Assembly (NCBI GenBank): GCA_964016885.1
Contig: OZ024749.1
Location: forward strand, 51,088,001-51,152,000
DNA from: Eledone cirrhosa
Taxonomy: Eukaryota
Direction of reading: 5' to 3'
DNA: 64,000 nt
Part shown: in pieces, positions 55,357 through 64,000 of the stretch
Layout of the letters: each line of letters begins with the position of its first letter
Numbering within the stretch: the first letter of the stretch is position 1
Notes under the pieces: generated by a model
Database searches by the model: none
What the model was told of the DNA's origin: nothing
What the model saw: the letters and a program-made list of their open reading frames with translations, nothing else
Position numbers and translations under genes: made by a program

Positions 55357-55700
55357 GCCATCACACATAAATGTGTAGATGTGTGTGAATGTAACATGTG
55401 GTGTGGTAAATAAATATATCCATATGCACCAGGTCTGAACACAATGGAACCAAACTCTCACTGTCACTGCCTCCGTCTCTTCCGCTCTCCACATCTCTCA
55501 CTATTATAAGCAAATGGGGACCCACGCGTTGGGCGTCCTGCGGCCACGGCGAAGAGAACAGAGAAGGGGTTTCCTCGAAAGATGGGGAAGAACACGTACT
55601 GGAAGTGCCATTCCAACTCGCGAGACTCACACGTGAAGATAGTCAACTCCGTTGGCCATCTTCCTAAACCTGAAACCATTATTTAAAACCGTAGTATAAA

Positions 55701-55927
55701 AGGCGCATAGCTTAGTGGTTAGAGTATTGGGCTTTCAATCGAAAGGGTGTGAGTTCGATTCTCGGACCGGGTGATGCGTTGTGTCCTTGAGAAATACACT
55801 TTATTTCACGTTGCTCTAGTTTACTCAGCTGTAGAAATAAGTTGTGACGTCACTAGTGCCAAGCTGTATCAGTCATTGCCTTTCCCTTGGACAACGTCGT
55901 ATATAGTGTATATATAGTGTATATATG

Positions 55928-55983
<56 letters not shown>

Positions 55984-56195
55984 TATAGTGTATATTAATA
56001 CTGTGACGTCACTGGGGCCAAGCTGTATCGGCCATAGCCTTTACCTTGGACAATATCAGTGGCGTGAAGAGGAGAGGCTGGTATGCAAGGATGACTGTTG
56101 GTCTTCCTTAAACAACCCTAACCGGACTTGTGCCTCGGGGGGAAACTTTCTAGGAGCAAATCCCATGGTTATTTGTGACCGAATGAGGGTTTTCT
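55701..56195 (+). mobile_element. SINE family B split by (TA)n with internal duplication
   Basis: A/B boxes at 55705-55765; the block tgtgacgtcact..gccaagctgtatc occurs on both sides of the TA tract (55843 and 56002). Confidence 0.75.
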
Positions 56196-56496
56196 CTCAG
56201 TATAAAACTAATGCAGGTGAGAGGTGTAAAGTGTTTCCTGAAAATAAAAATACCAGTCATATATGGTCGTTCCTTATCTTTCTACTTTATCTATGTTGGA
56301 GGTGTATAAGTATGTATGGATATATCTGTGCGTTTGTCTGTGTGTTTGTGTATGTGTATATGTATATTGATGCGAGTGTACGCTTGCTCATGTGTGCAAA
56401 GTGTCGTTACACACAGATACACACTCACACACACATACATACATATATATATATATATATGTGTGTGTGGGGGGGGGGTATAAATAATATATATAT

Positions 56497-56528
<32 letters not shown>

Positions 56529-56567
56529 GTATGTGTGTGGGGGGGGGGGTATAAATAATATATATAT

Positions 56568-56603
<36 letters not shown>

Positions 56604-57398
56604 GTATACATGGATGTACATTTGAGGAGGTGTGTTTGTTGTGTGAGTATACACATAATATGTATGTGTTTGTGTGAGTGTGTACATATATGTGTGTGTC
56701 TATGAGAGTGTGTACCTGTATATATATGTGTATGTGTGAGAGTGTGTACCTGTATATATATGTATGTGTGAGAGTGTGTACCTATATATATATATGTATG
56801 TGTGATAATGTGTATCTATATAAATATGTGTGTGTGTGTGTGTGTATGAGAGTTAGAGTGTGCAGCTATATATATATATGTGTGCCTGTGTAAGTAAGTA
56901 CCTATATATATATATATGTGTGTGTGAGAGTGTGTACCTATATATATATATGTGTATGTGTGAGAATGTGTACCTATATAAATATGTGTGTGTGTGTATG
57001 AGAGTTAGAGTGTGCAGCTATATATATATATGTGTGCCTGTGTAAGTAAGTACCTATATATATATATGTGTGTGTGTGAGAGTGTGTACCTATATATATA
57101 TATATGTATGTGTGAGAATGTGTACCTATATAAATATGTGTGTGTGTGTGTATGAGAGTGAGAGTATGCAGCTATATATATATATGTGTGTGTGTCTGTG
57201 TAAGTAAGTACCTATATATATATATGTATGTGTTTATGAGAGTGTGTACCTATACATATGTATGTGTGAGTGTGTTTGGTACCAACGTGTTTATTATAAC
57301 ACGCTCAGTTGTCAACATCTTTAATGGTGAGTTTTTATTTTCCAAACACATCAAAAACTTCTCAGAAATATTTGTATCTTTATAGTTGATATCTTCGA

Positions 57399-57483
<85 letters not shown>

Positions 57484-57491
57484 GAGAGAGA

Positions 57492-57537
<46 letters not shown>

Positions 57538-57591
57538 TGTATATATATATATGTACATATATATATGTATATACATATGTATATATATATG

Positions 57592-57624
<33 letters not shown>

Positions 57625-57731
57625 GTATATATATATATGTATATATATGTATATGTATATTTATATATATATATATATATGTATATTTATATATATATAT
57701 ATATATGTATATTTATATATATATATATATG

Positions 57732-57762
<31 letters not shown>

Positions 57763-57788
57763 ATATAGTGTGTGTATGTGTATATATA

Positions 57789-57836
<48 letters not shown>

Positions 57837-57996
57837 TATATTTACATATGCATACATATATATATATACTCATACACACACATATATTCACACATATATA
57901 TATACATATGTATATAAATATGTGAATACATATATGTGTGTGAGTGTGTGTGTCTGTGTGCGTATACAATTATACAAATTTATATATATACATATA

Positions 57997-58038
<42 letters not shown>

Positions 58039-58091
58039 GTATTAATATGGACGTAATTAGTTTGCACATTAATACCTATATATATATATAT

Positions 58092-58265
58092 AACGAAAGA
58101 AGTGTGGTGTGTGGTAAGGAACCAGATGGACCAGAGTACTCAATACTTAGGGTAGTAGAGTGGGTAATAGGAAAAGAGTCAGGACCCCGACGGCTGAGCT
58201 CCGGTCGTTTCGACAGCTAGATCCGAACTAAACCAGTAGTGTTTGCCGTCGGGGTCCTGACTCTT
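58092..58265 (-). mobile_element. fold-back family P (copy 2, diverged)
   Basis: Reverse-oriented homologue of 7936-8128; arms agtcaggaccccgacggc / gccgtcggggtcctgact. Confidence 0.75.
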
Positions 58266-58320
58266 ATATATATAAAATAAAAATGGCGTAGACATACAAT
58301 ACAACAGGAGGAAACATAAT

Positions 58321-58366
58321 AGTACAACTGATGATGTTGCAGATGTGCAACGAAAGAACTTTGATT
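58321..58366 (+). ncRNA. hammerhead motif, same family as 32864
   Basis: CTGATGA-t-gttgca(gatg)tgcaac-GAAA-gaac-TT^tgatt, then aataaa; helix I is degenerate. Confidence 0.6.
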
Positions 58367-58455
58367 GCCAAATAAATTAATTAAGGAAATATAAAAAATA
58401 CAGAAACGAAAACCAACCAAACAGTGAGTGTGTACTGTTATTATTTCTCGCTAGA

Positions 58456-58672
58456 TTCCACCAAGCCGTTTCGACGTTTATCCGACTACACCTACATATA
58501 CAACGTCCGACCACTTCTAATTTATATAGTAGATATATATACGTGGGGAGGGTCATATTATTACAACAATATGACCCTCCCCACGTATATATATCTACTA
58601 TATAAATTAGAAGTGGTCGGACGTTGTATATGTAGGTGTTGTCGGATAAACGTCGAAACGGCTTGGTGGAAT
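58456..58672. mobile_element. long palindrome (~105-bp arms)
   Basis: attccaccaagccgtttcgacgttt...gtcatatt / aatatgac...aaacgtcgaaacggcttggtggaat; shares gtcgaaacggcttg with family P. Confidence 0.8.
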
Positions 58673-58825
58673 GCAGCGAAAATTTACACAGTTATGCAGA
58701 ATGACCCGAGGAGGCGTTGGGTCGACTTTCAAGCTACAAGTTTCCATGGTTATGGAGAAATCGATGATATATATATAACAAAACGAATTCACACAGATGC
58801 AAAGTTGTTATATATATTTATATAA

Positions 58826-59013
58826 TAATTGTTTCTACTTTAGGCCCAAGGCCAGCAATTAGCCAGTACATTACTGGTACATTATTTTATCGACCCCGTA
58901 AGGATGAAAGGTAAAGTTAACCTCGGCGGGATTTGATCTCAGATCGTAAAGGGACGTAACTATGCTAGAAAGCATGGCGTCCAACCTTCTACCGATACTG
59001 CAAATTCACCGCC
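58826..59013 (-). mobile_element. SINE family A
   Basis: Family consensus. Confidence 0.85.
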
Positions 59014-59419
59014 TAATATATTTATATAATAATATACTTTACCACTAACACCATTACTATTGTTGTTATTATTCATATTATCAGTACAATCTTCATTGCC
59101 ACTCGATGTAGGACCTTTGACAGTACTAAAAGATATAGGTCATTGTACTACCATACTATAGAACACTATCGTTAGCTACTATTACTGTCAATTCTTATCA
59201 TTACCATATTTTCTGGAAGCATCTTTTGTCTAATTTTGTTAATTTATTAACTGGTATTCTTTGTTATTCCTACTCCTCCTACTTTTATTTTAGATTCCTT
59301 CTCTCCCTCCACCCCTCCTCACCACATCTCTTCTTTCTTTCTTTCTTTTTCCCTCATTTCTTTCCCTCTCTCTCTCTTCCTCTTTTTCTTTTTCTTTCGT
59401 TTTCTTTTTTTTTTTCGTT

Positions 59420-60265
59420 TTTTCTATCTATCTCTACCTCTCTTTATATCTACCTCTCTCTGTCTCTCTCTTTCTATCTATCTCTACCTCTCTTTATATC
59501 TACCTCTCTCTGTCTCTCTCTTTCTATCTATCTCTACCTCTCTTTATATCTACCTCTCTCTTTCTCTCTCTTTCTATCTATCTCTACCTCTCTTTATATC
59601 TACCTCTCTCTGTCTCTCTCTTTCTATCTATCTCTACCTCTCTTTATATCTACCTCTCTCTGTCTCTCTCTTTCTATCTATCTCTACCTCTCTTTATATC
59701 TACCTCTCTCTGTCTCTCTCTTTCTATCTATCTCTACCTCTCTTTATATCTACCTCTCTCTGTCTCTCTCTTTCTATCTATCTCTACCTCTCTTTATATC
59801 TACCTCTCTCTGTCTCTCTCTTTCTATCTATCTCTACCTCTCTTTATATCTACCTCTCTCTGTCTCTCTCTTTCTATCTATCTCTACCTCTCTCTGTCTC
59901 TCTCTTTCTATCTATCTCTACCTCTCTTTATATCTACCTCTCTCTGTCTCTCTCTTTCTATCTATCTCTACCTCTCTTTATATCTACCTCTCTCTGTCTC
60001 TCTCTTTCTATCTATCTCTACCTCTCTTTATATCTACCTCTCTCTGTCTCTCTCTTTCTATCTATCTCTACCTCTCTTTATATCTACCTCTCTCTTTCTC
60101 TCTCTTTCTATCTATCTCTACCTCTCTTTATATCTACCTCTCTCTGTCTCTCTCTTTCTATCTATCTCTACCTCTCTTTATATCTACCTCTCTCTGTCTC
60201 TCTCTTTCTATCTATCTCTACCACTCTTTATATCTACCTCTCTCTGTCTCTCTTTCTATCTATCT
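59420..60265. repeat. 50-bp pyrimidine-rich minisatellite (~17 copies)
   Basis: Unit tttctatctatctctacctctctttatatctacctctctctgtctctctc. Confidence 0.92.
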
Positions 60266-61047
60266 CTACTTCTCTTTCTTTATCTATACCTCACCCTCCT
60301 CTCTCTCTCCTTCTCTCTCTTTCTTCATCTCTACCTCTCTCTATCTATCTATCTATCTATCTATCTCTCTCTCTCTTTGTCACCTCTCTCCTTCTCTCCC
60401 TCTTCCTCTCTACCTCTCTTTCTTGATCTCTACCTCTCTCCATCTATCTATCTCTCTCTCTCTCTTTGTCACCTTCTCTCTCCTTCTCTCTCTCCTTCTT
60501 TCTCTCTTCTTCTCTCTCTCACTCTCTCTACCGCTCTCTCTCTCTCTTCACCTCTACCTCTCTCTTTCTCGCTCTTCCTTCCCCCTTTCTCTCATCTTAT
60601 CTTTCTTCTTTCGCTCTTTCTTCACACCCTTTCTATTACTATCTACACCCCCCCCCCCCCCCAAGCCATCTACCCCATATACCCACCCCCATTCAAAAAC
60701 ACACATCCACCCCATACCTCCCTTCTCCTTCTTTTCATTTCCCTATTTCTGTTTTTTTTTATTTTGTTCTCTTTAATAATGTTTGTTTGTTTCTGAATAA
60801 ATAAATAAACAAAGAAATAAATAATGATATTCAAGGGAATGTACTCTGCATGACTTTTATAAGTTTACTTTTGTCATCTAGATTTATCGCCCTTTTACAT
60901 TTAAATACACTGTGCTTTGGTGATGTATAATGGTGATGTACCGGAGTTATACTGGAATATAACAATAGAGATGGTAGGAGGAAGTGAGGCATCGGAATGA
61001 GGATTCATATTAGACCTCTCTCTCTCTATATATATATATATCGCTCC

Positions 61048-61079
<32 letters not shown>

Positions 61080-61091
61080 GAGCTCCTCTCA

Positions 61092-61123
<32 letters not shown>

Positions 61124-61148
61124 CGCTCCCTCATACACACACACAGAG

Positions 61149-61194
<46 letters not shown>

Positions 61195-61676
61195 TCCCTC
61201 CCTCTCTCTCTATCTATCTATCTATCTCGCTCCCTCTCTCTCTCACACACACACACAGAGCTCCTCTCACTCTCTCTCTCTTCCTCTCCCTCTCCCTCTC
61301 CCTCGCCCTCTCTCTCTATCTCTCTTTCTCTTTCTCCCACTCTCTCTTTCACTCTATCCCTCTCCCCTTCTCTCTCCCCCTCCCTCCCTCTCTCTCACAC
61401 ACAGTTCCCCAGTAGAGAGTTATAGTATGTAGTCATGTGTTTCTTCCTTGAGGCAACGAATTGACCGAGTCGTCCCGGTTCTCTGCTTTTTCTATGTTCA
61501 TGCCGAGGTTAGCTTTGTCTTTCATCCTTTCGAGATCGATAAACGTCCATGGGTCGATACCTCTTCTATATCTTTCTCACTTCTACTCACTCTCTCTCTC
61601 TCACTCTCTATCTCTCTATCTATCTATCCCTAAATCTCTCTCTATCTATCTATATATATATATATATATATATATA

Positions 61677-61856
61677 TAGGAACGAGTAGGACCCCGACGG
61701 CTGAGCTCAAGCCGTTTCGACAGAATTAGCCGTCAAAACGGCTTGAGCTCAGCCGTCGGGGTCCTACTCGTTCATATTACCCACTATACTACCCTAAGTA
61801 TTGAGTACTTTGGTGCGTTATGGTCCACCTGGTTCCTTATCACATTTCCTCCTTCG

Positions 61857-61858
<2 letters not shown>
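61677..61858. mobile_element. fold-back family P (copy 3) in (TA)n
   Basis: Arms gaacgagtaggaccccgacggctgagctcaagccgttt and its reverse complement, with the same tail as 7936-8128. Confidence 0.8.
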
Positions 61859-61889
<31 letters not shown>

Positions 61890-62152
61890 TATCTATCTAT
61901 CTCCCTCCCTCTCTCTCTCTCTCCCTCGGCCCACACTCTCTCTCCCTATCTATCTATCTATCTATCTCACTCTCTCTCGGACCACTCTCTCTCTCTCTCT
62001 CTCTCACTCTCCCTATCTATCTATCTATCTCTCTATCCCTAAATCTCTCTCTATCTATCTATCTATATATATATATATATCTGTCTATCTATCTATCTAT
62101 CTCCCTCTCTCTCTCTCTCTCTCTCTCCCTCGGCCCACACTCTCTCTATCTA

Positions 62153-62198
<46 letters not shown>

Positions 62199-62259
62199 TA
62201 TCTATCTATCTCCCTCTCTCTCTCTCTCTCTCTCCCTCGGCCCACACTCTCTCTATCTA

Positions 62260-62301
<42 letters not shown>

Positions 62302-62436
62302 TATCTATCTATCTCCCTCTCTCTCTCTCTCTCTCTCCCTCGGCCCACACTCTCTCTCTATATATATATATCTATATATCTATCTCACTCTCTCTCTCGG
62401 CCGACTCTCTCTCTCTATCTATCTATCTATCTATCT

Positions 62437-62478
<42 letters not shown>

Positions 62479-62576
62479 CTCTTCAGACCACACTGGGCAC
62501 AAGGACAATAATTTTAATTGATCATCAACAGAGGGTGTGTAAAGATCAGGATCAGCGCCATTTCCTCCAGACAAAA

Positions 62577-62673
62577 TACATACATATATATATACATACA
62601 TATATACATACATACATACACACATACATATATTCATACATATATATACATACACACATACATATATACAAAC

Positions 62674-62704
<31 letters not shown>

Positions 62705-62759
62705 CACACATACATATATTCATACATATATATACATACACACATACATATATACAAAC

Positions 62760-62790
<31 letters not shown>

Positions 62791-63093
62791 CATATATACA
62801 TACATATATACATACATATATACATACATATATATACATACATACATACATACATACATACATACATACATACACACATACATATATACAAACATATATA
62901 TACATACATATATATACAATACATACATACATACATATATACATACATATATACATACATATATATACATACATACATACACACATACATATATACATAC
63001 ATACATATATTCATACATATATACATACACATACATACATACATACATACATACATACATACATACATACATACATACACACACGCATGCATG

Positions 63094-63124
<31 letters not shown>

Positions 63125-63595
63125 TCATTCATACATACATGTATGCATATACACATACAAACATACAGACATACATATATACATACATACACACATACAA
63201 ACATACATGCTTACATATATACATACATACACACATACAGACATACATACATACATACATACATACATGTATGCATACACACATACAAACATACAGACAT
63301 ACATATATACATACATACACACATACAAACATACATGCATACATGCATACATACATACATATATGTATGCATACACACATACAAACATACATACATACAT
63401 ACATACACACATACAAACATACATGCATACATATATACATACATACATACATACATGTATGCATACACACATACAAACATACATGCATACATATATACAT
63501 ACATGCATACATATATACATACATACATACATACATGTATGCATACACACATACAAACATACATGCATACATATATACATACATGCATACATACA
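62577..63595. repeat. degenerate (TACA)n tract
   Basis: Direct reading. Confidence 0.92.
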
Positions 63596-63684
63596 AATAG
63601 ACCAACAGACATTTATGTGTAAATGGATCACGATGGTGATTCCAAATCAAATATACATTACTATAATCTAAAAACATCAACTAA

Positions 63685-63714
<30 letters not shown>

Positions 63715-63724
<10 letters not shown>

Positions 63725-63995
63725 TGATAAATAACCACACACACAGACTGACAAATAAACACACACACACACACTGACAAATAAAAACACCAACACACAC
63801 ACAGACTGACAAATAAACACACACACACAGACTGACAAATAAACACACACACACACAGACTGACCTGACAAATAAACACACACACACAGACTGACAAATA
63901 AACACACATACACACACAGACTGACAAATAAACACACACACACACACACACAAATAAACACACACACACACACACACAAATAAACACACACACAC
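63715..63995. repeat. (CA)n-gactgacaaataaa minisatellite
   Basis: About 10 units read directly. Confidence 0.85.
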
Positions 63996-64000
63996 ACATA

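Noticed and set aside
59226-60776. 516-aa L/S/Y-rich ORF
   Set aside because: It is a 50-bp pyrimidine minisatellite whose unit is not a multiple of 3; it is open only because it lacks stop codons.

Overview
AT-rich, microsatellite-saturated eukaryotic non-coding DNA. The SINE families and repeat landscape look cephalopod/octopus-like, which is my inference and not a database result. Almost all ORFs in the supplied track are simple-repeat artefacts. The only intact protein-coding unit is a full-length L1/Tx1-clade LINE on the minus strand (48414-54443). It has ORF1 with a CCHC knuckle and ORF2 with APE-RT-CCHC, and sits in an (AAT)n tract. A 5'-truncated sister element sits in a (GATA)n tract. 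The main hidden signal is a dense set of type I hammerhead ribozyme (HHR) motifs of the Penelope/retrozyme kind. (i) A (TA)n-flanked array of five near-identical ~560-bp units plus an inverted copy (18471-21843) carries an 82-nt HHR in every unit. (ii) Several (TA)n-flanked fold-back elements are present, two of them with a well-formed HHR on each arm (7411-7740, 47092-47234). (iii) Solo HHRs lie at 32864, 34306, 34750 and 58321. A decayed Penelope-like reverse transcriptase (~27690-28510) supports that origin. Also present are tRNA-derived SINEs, mariner/Tc1 and RTE relics, a TTAA-flanked MITE, minisatellites and a few unresolved exon-like islands. All structures were read by eye, and boundaries of degraded elements are approximate.
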